Part shown: positions 1 to 9,855 of the stretch, piece after piece | Position numbering within the stretch: position 1 is the stretch's first letter | Layout of the letters: every line of letters begins with the position of its first letter | Assembly: GCA_947085185.1 (NCBI GenBank) | Contig: CAMTVK010000019.1 | Location: 1 to 64,000 of the forward strand | Source of the DNA: Candidatus Fraserbacteria bacterium | Lineage (GTDB): Bacteria; Bipolaricaulota; Bipolaricaulia; RBG-16-55-9; DRXL01 | Direction: 5' to 3' | DNA length: 64,000 nt | Translations under genes and position numbers: made by a program | The notes under the pieces: model-generated | What the model was told of the DNA's origin: nothing | Database searches by the model: none | What the model saw: the letters and a program-made list of their open reading frames with translations, nothing else

Positions 1-252
1 CAAGCAGCAGCTGCAGTGGCAGACGGACTGGGGCAGCGAGTGGGGCGGGGAGAGCTTGGCGAAGATTGAGCGGCTGAACCGCAAGTTCTTTGAGCCCCTG
101 GGAGCGAAGCTGGTGCGCTTCCCCCTGGGGAGGAAGGGGTACAACGGGCGGGTGGAACAGTTTTACAGTTTTACAGTTGAGAACTGAAAAACTGATCAAC
201 TGACAAACTGTTTGGGTCCTGGGCCCTGGTAACAATCTCTTGACCCATTACA
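1..252 (+). mobile_element. IS481-family transposase remnant (integrase-core fragment plus right end)
   Basis: Frame 2 reads KQQLQWQTDWGSEWGGE...GRKGYNGRVE (rve-like) then breaks off; 212-252 ends ...TCTTGACCCATTACA and is 40/41 identical to 30090-30130. Confidence 0.8.
157..213. repeat. Inverted array of 8-nt tandem repeats
   Basis: ACAGTTTT ACAGTTTT ACAGTTGA G AACTGAAA AACTGATC AACTGACA AACTGTTT. Confidence 0.8.
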
Positions 253-306
253 TGGCTCGCTGACTGTTCACAGGTCCAAGCACCCAGCTTTGACTTGAGA
301 CTTTTC

Positions 307-335
307 TTGCAACCGTCCCGTCGGCGTGTTATGAT
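307..335 (+). promoter_or_regulatory. sigma70-type promoter of rplM
   Basis: TTGCAA-N17-TATGAT with extended TG. Confidence 0.6.
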
Positions 336-377
336 AGCATATTCATTTCGTCCTTGCAAGCCAATGAGGAGGAGACC

Positions 378-848
378 ATGCAGCGTTCGACTCTCATGAA
401 GCGAGAAGAATCGAGCACGAGGCGCAAGTGGGTGGTCATTGACGCCAAGGGGCAGACATTGGGGCGGTTGGCGTCGCAGATTGCCAAGATCCTGATGGGC
501 AAGCATAAGCCCGAGTATACCCCTCACGTGGACACAGGGGACTATGTCGTGGTCATCAATGCTCAAGAGATTCAAGTGACGGGGAAGAAGCGCGAACAAA
601 AGAAGTACTTTCACTATTCGGGCTATCCCGGCGGGATTCGCGAATGGACGTGGGAACAGATGCTGGCGAAGCATCCGACCAAGCCGTTAGAAGAAGCTGT
701 GAAGAATATGCTTCCCAAGACGGTGCTGGGGCGCCGCATGCTCAAGAAGCTGAAAGTCTACGCAGGCGCGGAGCATCCCCATCAGGCTCAGAACCCTCAG
801 CCCATCGATCTCCGAAAAATATCTAGAAGAGAGGGGAGGGGGCTCTAA
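378..848 (+). CDS. rplM: 50S ribosomal protein L13
   Basis: [48 protein letters not shown] before ATG 378. Confidence 0.97.
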   Translation: MQRSTLMKREESSTRRKWVVIDAKGQTLGRLASQIAKILMGKHKPEYTPHVDTGDYVVVINAQEIQVTGKKREQKKYFHYSGYPGGIREWTWEQMLAKHPTKPLEEAVKNMLPKTVLGRRMLKKLKVYAGAEHPHQAQNPQPIDLRKISRREGRGL

Positions 849-861
849 GACCGAGCCCCCT
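837..861 (+). terminator. Hairpin over the rplM stop codon (no U-tract)
   Basis: AGGGGGCTC-taagacc-GAGCCCCCT, 9-bp stem. Confidence 0.4.
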
Positions 862-976
862 GGTGTATCGGAGTGGGGTGGACTATCCCTTGCTCTGATA
901 TTCTAGAGCGCTGGCTCTGGAAAATCTATAGCAAAAAGATTCTTTTTTCATGGAAGGACCTGCGCCCTGGGAAATT

Positions 977-2137
977 ATGAAATACGTTGTCGTTGTAGGC
1001 GATGGCATGGGCGATTATAGCTACGACGCACTCGGCGGCCGAACGCTGCTAGAGTACGCCCGCACGCCTCATCTCGACCGGCTCGCCCAAGAGAGCACAC
1101 TAGGCTTACTCGAGACAATCCCCCACGGCTTTCCCCCAGGCAGCGACGTGGGCAATATGACCCTGCTGGGCTATGACCCGCGCCGATACTACACAGGCCG
1201 CGCCCCCCTCGAAGCAGCAAGCATGGGCATCTCCCTAGATCAACACGACATCGCGATCCGATGCAATCTCGTGACCCTCAGCGATGACCATAAAATTCTG
1301 CGAGACTACAGCGCCGGCCATATCCCCACAGAACTCGCACGACGGCTCATCTCCACGCTCAACCGCGAGCTGGGCACCAAGGAGTTTGAATTTCACCCAG
1401 GCGTCAGCTATCGGCATCTTCTGGTCTGGCGCAATGCCCCCATCACGCCCACAGACTTAAAGCTCACCCCACCCCACGAAATCCCCGATCAGCCGATAGA
1501 GCCCTATCTTCCCAACATTCCCGCGCTGGAAGAGCTCATCCGGCGCTCTTGGGATCTTTTAGATGGGCTGAGAGCGAACTCTATCTGGCTGTGGGGCGCC
1601 GGACAGGCGCCATCCATGCCCACCCTGAGGGAGCGCTTCGGCATCACCGGCTCGGTCATCTCTGCTGTGGATCTCATCAAAGGGCTTGGGGTCTACGCCG
1701 GACTTGCTGTGCAGAGCGTCCCGGGCGCCACAGGCTATCTCGACACCAACTACGCAGGTAAGGTGCACGCGGCCCTCCAGAGTCTTCAAGAGCACGAGTT
1801 CGTCTATGTCCACATTGAAGCGCCCGACGAGTGTGGGCATCAGGGCCGGCTCGATCTCAAACTGCGCGCCATAGAAGACTTCGACGAAAAAGTCATCGGG
1901 CCACTCCTGGAGGGCCTGAAAGCAAACTACGAAAGATTTTCCGTGCTCGTCACGACCGATCACTATACTCCCGTGCGCGATCGCGTCCATGTGGCAGCGC
2001 CGGTGCCGTTTGCGCTGTATCAGAGCACTCAAGCACGAAGACAAGCTCACCTAGCTTTTCACGAGAAAGCCGCGCAGACCACGGGAGTATATATCGCCGA
2101 GGGGCATAGGCTCCTAGGGCTCTTGCTTGGTCGGTGA
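977..2137 (+). CDS. apgM: Cofactor-independent phosphoglycerate mutase, ApgM type
   Basis: VGDGMGD, PGSDVGN, TGRAPLEAAS, EAPDECGH, TTDHYTP. Confidence 0.9.
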   Translation: MKYVVVVGDGMGDYSYDALGGRTLLEYARTPHLDRLAQESTLGLLETIPHGFPPGSDVGNMTLLGYDPRRYYTGRAPLEAASMGISLDQHDIAIRCNLVTLSDDHKILRDYSAGHIPTELARRLISTLNRELGTKEFEFHPGVSYRHLLVWRNAPITPTDLKLTPPHEIPDQPIEPYLPNIPALEELIRRSWDLLDGLRANSIWLWGAGQAPSMPTLRERFGITGSVISAVDLIKGLGVYAGLAVQSVPGATGYLDTNYAGKVHAALQSLQEHEFVYVHIEAPDECGHQGRLDLKLRAIEDFDEKVIGPLLEGLKANYERFSVLVTTDHYTPVRDRVHVAAPVPFALYQSTQARRQAHLAFHEKAAQTTGVYIAEGHRLLGLLLGR

Positions 2138-2138
2138 G

Positions 2139-2594
2139 CTAAAATTCGTATCGTACTCCCAGGGCGAACACCCCTGGTAAGGCCCCCCCAGCCAACAGCC
2201 ACCCCTCAGCAAAAGCCACGAAGCTCGTCCCGGAAATGGGAACTTCTACCCCAACGAGCCCTTGGAACGTCGCCTCAATGATGAGCAGCTCCTCTTGGCT
2301 GCGCACCCTCGCCAAAGCCCCCACCCCCACAAACGGCCTCCACAACAGACTGATCCCGTCAGGAACACGAAGTATAATCTCATGCGAGCCAAAAAAGAGC
2401 TTCACATCAGCGACTGCCGCCATGCCCTCCGCCGCCACCCCGAGGGGCAACCCCGCCTCAAGAGCAAAATGCTCCGAAAATCCTACGAAGACGAACGCTT
2501 GTAACGGGATTTTGACGCCGACACCCAACGGCTGCGCCAGGCACGCCCCGGTGCCCACCAAGACCATCGCTCCAACCACTACGAGAGTTCTCAT
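2139..2594 (-). CDS. Small putative outer-membrane beta-barrel protein
   Basis: Signal peptide, amphipathic strands, C-terminal GVRYEF. Confidence 0.65.
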   Translation of the reverse strand: MRTLVVVGAMVLVGTGACLAQPLGVGVKIPLQAFVFVGFSEHFALEAGLPLGVAAEGMAAVADVKLFFGSHEIILRVPDGISLLWRPFVGVGALARVRSQEELLIIEATFQGLVGVEVPISGTSFVAFAEGWLLAGGALPGVFALGVRYEF

Positions 2595-3068
2595 TTAGAA
2601 GTTGAATAAGTCCCAACGCACGCCGAGATTGACAAAAGCCCCTCCAGCACCGGCCAGCGGAATCTCCACCGACGACTGCCATCCTGCCTCGACGATGGCT
2701 CGCAAGGGGAGATCGCTCATATGCCACTCTACCCCACCCTTGACATCAAACCCTGTAAACGTCTCCGACCCAATGAAGATGCGAAAGCCCCCTACCCCAA
2801 TGAAGAATATGAGCCCTTGGGAAGCCGTAGAGATCGCCCACGTGGCGTGCGCGCTCACGACCAACGGCGCCGTGGGGAAGAAGACGCCCATCTCCAACGC
2901 GAACGCACCCACACCCACCCGCCCAAAGACCTCCCAGTTGTCAGCAAGGCCCGACGAGAGATTCTGGAGCTCTATGGGGAGCTTGACGCCTACGCCGAGG
3001 GTCTGCGCTTCCGCTCCCCCCATCCCGAGCACTATCAACACGATGACGACCGCGCACCAGCGACGCAT
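2595..3068 (-). CDS. Small putative outer-membrane beta-barrel protein (paralog of neighbour)
   Basis: Signal peptide AEA-Q, shared LGVGVK(L/I)P motif, C-terminal GVRWDLFNF. Confidence 0.65.
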   Translation of the reverse strand: MRRWCAVVIVLIVLGMGGAEAQTLGVGVKLPIELQNLSSGLADNWEVFGRVGVGAFALEMGVFFPTAPLVVSAHATWAISTASQGLIFFIGVGGFRIFIGSETFTGFDVKGGVEWHMSDLPLRAIVEAGWQSSVEIPLAGAGGAFVNLGVRWDLFNF

Positions 3069-3145
3069 TCTATCCCCCCCTATTCCCGTGATTGTCTTCG
3101 ACTGTCAGTCTATTATAGAGCATAGCCCTGCGGGGAGTGAAATCG

Positions 3146-3892
3146 CTACCCGACGCTCTCCAAAATCGCGTCGGGGATATCGAAGTTGGCGTAGGCCTCT
3201 TGGACGTCCTCTTGCTCATCGAGCGCCTCCATGAACTTGAGGATCTTTTCGGCTTCGCGCCCTTCAAGATGCACCGTGTTCTTCGGGACAAAAGAGACTT
3301 CAGCGCGCTCGACAGGCACCCCCAACCCCGTCAAGCCCTCGCGCACCGTGCGCAAGACAGAAGGGCTGCAATAGATCTCGATCTCTTCAGCGCGCTCTTG
3401 AATATCCTCAGCACCCAGATCGATGATGGTCATCAAGAGCTCGTCCTTATCGCGCTGAATCTTCTTCTTGTCCAGAGTGATAATACCTCGGCGCTCAAAG
3501 AGCCAAGCGACCGAGCCGCCCAAGTTCCCGCCATACTCCTCAAAGATATGGCGGATCTCCGAGACTGCCCGATTCTTATTGTCGGTAACAACCCGCACGA
3601 GCACGGCGACGCCATAGGGGCCGTAGCCCTCGTAGAAGATCTCTTCGTATTGGGTGGCCGGCAACTCCCCGGTCGCGCGCTTGATGGCCCGCTCAATATT
3701 GTCCTTTGGGACGTTGGCCTCGCGGGCGCGCTCGATCGCGTTGGCCAGCGCGACGTTCTTCTCCGGATCAGGCCCTCCAGCCTTGGCCGCCAACGTGATC
3801 TCTTTAGAAAGCTTTGAGAAGATCTTCATCCGCACCGCATCCTGGCGCTCCTTCCGATATTTGATATTGGCCCACTTGGAATGCCCGGCCAT
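3146..3892 (-). CDS. yebC: YebC/PmpR family protein
   Basis: MAGHSKWANIK, YEGYGPYG, TDNKNR. Confidence 0.95.
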   Translation of the reverse strand: MAGHSKWANIKYRKERQDAVRMKIFSKLSKEITLAAKAGGPDPEKNVALANAIERAREANVPKDNIERAIKRATGELPATQYEEIFYEGYGPYGVAVLVRVVTDNKNRAVSEIRHIFEEYGGNLGGSVAWLFERRGIITLDKKKIQRDKDELLMTIIDLGAEDIQERAEEIEIYCSPSVLRTVREGLTGLGVPVERAEVSFVPKNTVHLEGREAEKILKFMEALDEQEDVQEAYANFDIPDAILESVG

Positions 3893-3999
3893 GCCAGTCA
3901 CCTCCCGATTAAGAAAAACTGCGCTTCTCACACTGTAGCCGATTTAGGCACCGTGTGCAAGATTTGACAGCTCCACCAGCACCCTATACACTTACAGTC

Positions 4000-4578
4000 A
4001 TGGTAAAGAACGATCGTTGGATTCGGGAGATGGCCATCAAGCACAAGATGATCGAACCCTTCGTCGAGAGACAGATAGCCAAGGGCGTGATCTCTTACGG
4101 GCTTTCCAGCTACGGCTACGATATCCGTATTGCCGACGAGTTCAAAATCTTTACGAGCGTCAACCCCGAGCTGTTTGCGACCGGCCAACCGGTCGTCGTT
4201 GATCCCAAAAATTTTAATGAGCACTCGTTTGTGGACTATCGTGGGCAGATCTGCGTCATCCCGCCCAATTCGTTTGCGCTGGGGCGCTCCGTAGAATATT
4301 TTCGGATTCCCAGAGATACTCTTGCTGTGTGCTTAGGGAAGAGCACGTATGCGCGCTGCGGGATTATCGTCAATATCACACCCGCAGAGCCTGAATGGGA
4401 AGGCCAGCTCGTCATCGAGATCTCCAACACCTCCCCCTTGCCCGCCAAGATCTACGCCAACGAGGGGATCGCCCAGATGATCTTCCTAGCAGCCCACGAA
4501 GTCTGCGAAGTCTCCTATGCCGACCGCAAGGGCAAGTACCAACGTCAAGTTGGGATCGTCACTTCCAAGGTGCAGTAG
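4000..4578 (+). CDS. dcd: dCTP deaminase
   Basis: [31 protein letters not shown]. Confidence 0.96.
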   Translation: MVKNDRWIREMAIKHKMIEPFVERQIAKGVISYGLSSYGYDIRIADEFKIFTSVNPELFATGQPVVVDPKNFNEHSFVDYRGQICVIPPNSFALGRSVEYFRIPRDTLAVCLGKSTYARCGIIVNITPAEPEWEGQLVIEISNTSPLPAKIYANEGIAQMIFLAAHEVCEVSYADRKGKYQRQVGIVTSKVQ

Positions 4579-4623
4579 CGCTCCGAGAGCCAATTTGGTA
4601 TAATATGCAGAGCTATTATCACT

Positions 4624-5022
4624 ATGAATGCTTTGAACTCAGATGCAGCAGCGCCGTGGTTCTTCCCCATCTTCTCTCTTGTCTTCTTGCTCGGGTTGAG
4701 TCACCCCATGATCGCGCACGCACAGGCGCAGCAACAACCCCCTCAAGCCCAAGATGGGAGTTGGGTGGCGCTGCTCCTCATGCTGGCGTTCTTGATGATC
4801 TTCTTCTATTTCTTTCTTATTCGTCCGCAGCGCAAGCGCCAGCAGGAGCACCAAGCGCTCATCGAGAGCCTGCGCCGCGGCGATGAGGTCATCACTATCG
4901 GCGGTATCTACGGGAAGATCGTCAAGATTGATAAAGATTCTATCACGCTCCAAGTCAACGACGAGGGCACGACCGTGCGCGTGCTCAAAGAGAGCATCAC
5001 CCAAAAGGAGAAGGCCGCATGA
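4624..5022 (+). CDS. yajC: Preprotein translocase subunit YajC
   Basis: FYFFLIRPQRKRQ, GDEVITIGGIYG; upstream of secDF. Confidence 0.93.
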   Translation: MNALNSDAAAPWFFPIFSLVFLLGLSHPMIAHAQAQQQPPQAQDGSWVALLLMLAFLMIFFYFFLIRPQRKRQQEHQALIESLRRGDEVITIGGIYGKIVKIDKDSITLQVNDEGTTVRVLKESITQKEKAA

Positions 5023-6413
5023 GACCTGAAGTGCTAATGAACTGGGGACGATTCGCGATCGTCCTTATTGTGATTGGCGTGTCGTTCCTGTTGATCTTTG
5101 CGCCATGGCAGCCTCCGCAGGAGCGTCCATGTACGCTCAGAGAGATCCGGTTGGGACTGGACTTATGTGGCGGCGTCACGCTCACCCTCGAGGCCCAAAT
5201 CCCCCCAGATATATCCTCCGAAGACCGCCAGAAGATCATGGATCGGTCCATCAGTGTTTTGGAGACGCGCATCAATGCGCTGGGGGTGACCGAGCCGCTT
5301 ATCACCCAAGCCGGAGATATAAGAATTGTCGTACAGCTTCCTGGCACGACCGACCCACAGCAGGCGCGTCAGCTGGTGGGCAGCACGGCTCTCTTAGAGT
5401 TTCGCAAGGTCGTCAAAGAGGGCCCTCCTGGAGACACGTTCACCGAAGAGCTTGACGAAGAAGTTTTGATGGGATACGAGTGCGCCAAGCCCGAACTCAA
5501 ATCAGAATGCAGTGCGTACGTTGTGAAGAAGGAGCCGCTCATGACCGGAGCGGTGCTCAGTAAAGCCGAAGTGCGCTTTAATCCGCAGCCGGGTTCTGAG
5601 GTCACCCCTATCTATATTGAGCTCACGTTTAACAGCGCCGGCGCTCACCAGTGGCGCGACGTGATCTTGCAACTTAAGCCCGAATCGGATCGCATCGCGG
5701 CCGTGCTCGACCGCGTCGTCTACAGCGCCCCGAATATTGCCAAGAGCCTCTACGAGACAGCACGCCGCCAACCAAAAATCGATCAATCCATCATCACGGG
5801 GCGGTTCACCGCTGATGAGGCGCGCTTGCTCGCCGCGATCCTGAGCGCTGGGGCGCTCCCCACCGAACTCAAAATTATCCAAGAGAGCATCGTGGGGCCG
5901 TCGCTGGGACGCGATTCCATCGAGAAGGGCATCACCGCGAGCTGGATCGCCGGGATCGTCGTGTTGGTCTTCATGGCGCTCTACTATCGGCTGAGCGGGT
6001 TTGTCGCGATCTTCACACAACTGTTCAATCTCTTAGTAGTCATCGGGGCGTTGGCTGGCCTGAAAGCGACGCTCACGTTGCCGGGTATCGCCGGATTGAT
6101 TCTGCTCATCGGCGTCGGGGTAGACTCGAACGTCTTGATCTTCGAGCGGATGCGCGAGGAACTGCGCTTGGGCAAAGTCGCCCGTGCAGCTATTGACGCC
6201 GGGTATCACCGAGCGTTGACGACCATCTGGGACTCCCACGTTACCACGCTCATCACAGCACTGATTCTCTTCATCTTCGGGACCGGCCCGATCCGCGGGT
6301 TCGCTACCACGCTCAGCTTGGGTATTATCATCAATCTCTTCACGGTCCTGATCGGAACCCGCTTGGTCTTCGAGTTCGTGAAGCTGCGCAAGGTCGAACG
6401 GCTCAGCATCTAG
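5019..6413 (+). CDS. secD: Protein translocase subunit SecD
   Basis: RLGLDLCGG, VGPSLG, LTLPGIAG, VDSNVLIFER. Confidence 0.96.
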   Translation: MRPEVLMNWGRFAIVLIVIGVSFLLIFAPWQPPQERPCTLREIRLGLDLCGGVTLTLEAQIPPDISSEDRQKIMDRSISVLETRINALGVTEPLITQAGDIRIVVQLPGTTDPQQARQLVGSTALLEFRKVVKEGPPGDTFTEELDEEVLMGYECAKPELKSECSAYVVKKEPLMTGAVLSKAEVRFNPQPGSEVTPIYIELTFNSAGAHQWRDVILQLKPESDRIAAVLDRVVYSAPNIAKSLYETARRQPKIDQSIITGRFTADEARLLAAILSAGALPTELKIIQESIVGPSLGRDSIEKGITASWIAGIVVLVFMALYYRLSGFVAIFTQLFNLLVVIGALAGLKATLTLPGIAGLILLIGVGVDSNVLIFERMREELRLGKVARAAIDAGYHRALTTIWDSHVTTLITALILFIFGTGPIRGFATTLSLGIIINLFTVLIGTRLVFEFVKLRKVERLSI

Positions 6414-6426
6414 GGAGAGATTCGCT

Positions 6427-7395
6427 ATGAAAAACGCAAAGAGCGTCTCTGCACCGCTCCCCCAGCCAACCGTGCGGTTCTTCTCCGTGGTCCCCCAAGA
6501 GACTCATATTGACTTCATGGGGAAGCGCTATGTGGCGTTTGGGCTGTCGACGGTGCTGGTGCTGTTGGGGATCTTCGCGTTCGTGCAGATTTGGACGGGG
6601 AATGCCAAGATGGGCTTGGAGTTTACCGGGGGCACGGCGATCACGCTCGATTTCGAGCAAGCCGTCCCTATTGACCAAGCCCGCGCGCTGCTGGCTCAAA
6701 ACGGCTTCAGCGATGCGCAAATCCAAGATATCAAGGGCACAAATCAGCTCGCCATTCGCACCAAGCTCAGCGAAGAGGGCGGGCAGGTGGCCGCGCGCAT
6801 CCAAGCGCTGTTTGAGCAGGCTTTCGCCCCCAGCAAGCCCCGCGTCCTGAGCACGGAATTCATCGGCCCAACTATTGGGAGAGAGCTGCGCGATAAAGCG
6901 ATCTGGGCGATCATCTTCTCCACAGCGGGCTTTTTGATTTACATCGCGTTTCGCTTCGATTTCAAATTCGGCGTCGCCGCGGCCATCGCGACGTTCCATG
7001 ACGTCTTCGCCGTGCTGGGGCTGTCATGGGCGTTGGGGATGGAGTTCACGTTGCTCATCGTCACGGCGCTGCTGACCATCGCTGGGTATTCGCTCACCGA
7101 CACGGTCGTGATCTTCGACCGGATTCGCGAGAACCTGAAAAAACATCAACGCGATCCCTTGATGAAAGTCATCAACGACGCGCTCAACCAAGTGTTGAGC
7201 CGAACGATCCTGACGTCGCTCACCACGCTGCTTGCCGTCGCAGTCTTGTATCTGCTAGGCGGGCCGGTGCTGCGCGATTTCTCACTGGTGTTGATCATTG
7301 GCGTCATCATTGGCACGTATTCTTCGATCTTTATTGCCAGCCCGCTCTTGCTGATGTGGCGCCGGCGCGGCCTGACTGCGCAGGTGAAGGGCTAG
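6427..7395 (+). CDS. secF: Protein translocase subunit SecF
   Basis: GLEFTGG, IGPTIG, GYSLTDTVVIFDRIRE. Confidence 0.96.
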   Translation: MKNAKSVSAPLPQPTVRFFSVVPQETHIDFMGKRYVAFGLSTVLVLLGIFAFVQIWTGNAKMGLEFTGGTAITLDFEQAVPIDQARALLAQNGFSDAQIQDIKGTNQLAIRTKLSEEGGQVAARIQALFEQAFAPSKPRVLSTEFIGPTIGRELRDKAIWAIIFSTAGFLIYIAFRFDFKFGVAAAIATFHDVFAVLGLSWALGMEFTLLIVTALLTIAGYSLTDTVVIFDRIRENLKKHQRDPLMKVINDALNQVLSRTILTSLTTLLAVAVLYLLGGPVLRDFSLVLIIGVIIGTYSSIFIASPLLLMWRRRGLTAQVKG

Positions 7396-7585
7396 AGCCG
7401 CTCTTGCAGTAAGACACCTTCGTGGGCGAGCAGAGCTCGCGCCCTGTCGCTGCGACGAGCACCCACCCCATGTCTGTCTCCACCACGTTTTTAAACAAAT
7501 GTTCTTTTATAGTGCTATAAGAACGACAAATATAAATTTTAAAAGCGAATTTTTTAAGAATAGCGCTTTATTTTACAAAAATTTC

Positions 7586-7614
7586 TTGACAAAACCTCTT
7601 ACCCTTGATACTAT
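7586..7614 (+). promoter_or_regulatory. sigma70-type promoter of glnA with AT-rich upstream tract
   Basis: TTGACA-N17-TACTAT, extended TG; AT-rich 7490-7585. Confidence 0.75.
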
Positions 7615-7650
7615 AAGACCATCTTTTGCGCAGCAAAGAGGCGATGCAAG

Positions 7651-8991
7651 ATGAGCAAGCACATCGAACAGATTCTGGAGTCCGTCAAGGAGCACAAGAT
7701 CGGTTTCATTCGGTTGCAGTTTACCGATATCTTTGGGATTCCCAAGAACGTCGAGATCCCCGCAGCGAAACTAGAATCTGTCTTGGAGAAGGGCATCGCG
7801 TTCGACGGCTCTTCGATCGAGGGCTTCATGCGCATCTCCGAGTCGGATATGTACTTACAGCCCGACCCGAATACTCTTGTGATCTATCCCTGGACGATGG
7901 GGGTGGAGAACGGGCGCACGGCACGAATTATCTGTGACGTCTTGCTCCCTGACGGACGCCCATTCTCTGGGGATCCGCGCTATGTGCTCAAGCGCGCCAT
8001 CGCTGAAGCTGAGAAGATGGGCTACACGATGTATGCCGGAGCAGAAGCTGAATTCTTTCTCTTCCGCCGCGCCCCCGATGGGCGCCCCTCCCTGGAGCTT
8101 CATGATCGCGGGGGGTACTTCGATCTCACCCCCCTCGATCAGGGGGAAGAAGCCCGCGCGGATATCGTTGTCGCGCTCGAGCAGATGGGCTTTGAGGTCG
8201 AAGCGGCCCATCACGAGGTCGCCCCCAGCCAACACGAGATAGACTTCCGCTACGCCGACGTGCTGCGCACAGCCGACAACATCGTGACGTTTCGTTTCGT
8301 CGTCAAGACGATGGCTATGAAGCATGGGCTTCATGCGACGTTCATGCCCAAGCCCGTCGCGGGCATCAACGGCAGCGGGATGCATACGCATATCTCGCTA
8401 TGGCGCGGCTCCGAAAATGCTTTCTATGACCCCAAGGATCCCTACGGGCTGAGCGAGGTCGCCAAGAGCTTCTTAGCTGGGATTATCGAGCACATCGGGG
8501 CGATCACCGCGCTGGCCAACCCGCTCGTGAATTCCTATAAGCGTCTTGTGCCTGGGTATGAAGCCCCGGTCAATATCAGTTGGGCTCGCATCAATCGTTC
8601 GGCGCTCATTCGGGTTCCCGCGAGCAACACCCCGGAGACGTCTACCCGGATTGAGCTGCGCAGCCCCGATCCCTCGTGCAATCCGTACTTAGCCTACGCG
8701 GCGATCTTAGTCAGCGGGCTGGATGGGATCAAGCGCAAGCTGAGGGCTCCAGATCCCGTCGAAGAGAATATTTATGAGCTCACTCAAGAGCAGCGAGAGG
8801 AGCGAGGCATTGGCTCTTTGCCGGCGAGCTTAGACGAGGCGCTCGCGGCGCTCACCACAGACAAAGTTGTCACGGCTGCGCTTGGCGAGCATATCTTAGA
8901 GAAATATTTAGAAGCGAAAGAACGCGAGCTGCGCGACTATCGGCTCTCTGTGACGCCCTGGGAGATCGAACGATACTTAGAAGATTATTAA
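7651..8991 (+). CDS. glnA: Type I glutamine synthetase
   Basis: FDGSSIEG, HHEVAPSQHE, TFMPKP..NGSGMH, NSYKRLVPGYEAP. Confidence 0.97.
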   Translation: MSKHIEQILESVKEHKIGFIRLQFTDIFGIPKNVEIPAAKLESVLEKGIAFDGSSIEGFMRISESDMYLQPDPNTLVIYPWTMGVENGRTARIICDVLLPDGRPFSGDPRYVLKRAIAEAEKMGYTMYAGAEAEFFLFRRAPDGRPSLELHDRGGYFDLTPLDQGEEARADIVVALEQMGFEVEAAHHEVAPSQHEIDFRYADVLRTADNIVTFRFVVKTMAMKHGLHATFMPKPVAGINGSGMHTHISLWRGSENAFYDPKDPYGLSEVAKSFLAGIIEHIGAITALANPLVNSYKRLVPGYEAPVNISWARINRSALIRVPASNTPETSTRIELRSPDPSCNPYLAYAAILVSGLDGIKRKLRAPDPVEENIYELTQEQREERGIGSLPASLDEALAALTTDKVVTAALGEHILEKYLEAKERELRDYRLSVTPWEIERYLEDY

Positions 8992-9003
8992 GGCCTTAGG
9001 TAT

Positions 9004-9408
9004 TCAGAAGCCAGTATCTCTTGATACGATGGCCTCCGCCTCGATCTCCACGAGGATCTCTGGGGCGATCAGACGTCGGACCTCGACCATGCTGGTCACA
9101 GGTCGGATCGCCCCGAAGAACTCGCCGTGTGCCTTTCCGACTTGTTCCCAGTCGTCAATGTTGACGACGTATATCCGGGTGCGCACAACGTCCTCAAGTG
9201 CGGCGCCAAGCCTTCGCAAGGCAGCTTCGATGTTCTTGAGAGCCTGGACCGTTTGAGCGTAGGGGTTGCCGATCCCGACGATTTGGCCCTTGTCGTCGGT
9301 CGCTGTTGTCCCTGCGACGTGAATATAAGGCCCGACTCGTACGGCCCTGGAATAGCCGACTATGGATTCCCAGGGGGTTCCCGTCGAAACGTTCTGTCTG
9401 TTGTACAT
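9004..9408 (-). CDS. RidA/YjgF family protein
   Basis: [27 protein letters not shown]. Confidence 0.9.
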   Translation of the reverse strand: MYNRQNVSTGTPWESIVGYSRAVRVGPYIHVAGTTATDDKGQIVGIGNPYAQTVQALKNIEAALRRLGAALEDVVRTRIYVVNIDDWEQVGKAHGEFFGAIRPVTSMVEVRRLIAPEILVEIEAEAIVSRDTGF

Positions 9409-9532
9409 AGGCCTCCCTGCCACGTCAAGTCAGCGATTGACAGTGCATCGTTACGCCACCGTCCTTCGAGATAGAAGTCCATCGTGTAGCTTCATGGCCC
9501 TTTTATGGTGCAGGGGAATTGCCCCCTTTCCG

Positions 9533-9739
9533 TCATAAGATCGGCTTCTGCCGCGCCTGCAACCAATATCCCGCCGAGATCATCAACTGACCCAAGCCCC
9601 AGAGCAAGCGATGTCGAACCTTTGGTTTCTCTTGAGAACTTCGCCGTGCGTCCTGAAGCAAACGTTCCTGTTCTGCCCACCTCCACATCTCCTCCTGCCG
9701 TGCCTTGGCATACTTCTCCAACGCCAATGGGTTGAACAT
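9533..9739 (-). CDS. Small hypothetical protein (68 aa)
   Basis: AAGGAGG SD; MFNPLALEKYAKARQEEM...GLGQLMISAGYWL; divergent from the CGNR gene. Confidence 0.65.
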   Translation of the reverse strand: MFNPLALEKYAKARQEEMWRWAEQERLLQDARRSSQEKPKVRHRLLWGLGQLMISAGYWLQARQKPIL

Positions 9740-9780
9740 TGTAGACCTCCTTCTTCTGTGGTCTCTTGACATTCGCTCGC

Positions 9781-9855
9781 CAACCGTCTATACTTTTCAT
9801 GACGGTTAGAGTATAGCAGAGAATATCTAACCTGTCAAGAGGTTTATGATGGTTA
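9781..9855. promoter_or_regulatory. Two YAACC-N18-GGTTA palindromes (candidate operators)
   Basis: 9781-9808 and 9828-9855. Confidence 0.6.

Noticed and set aside
157..213. CRISPR array
   Set aside because: Units are 8 nt with no spacers, and there are no cas genes
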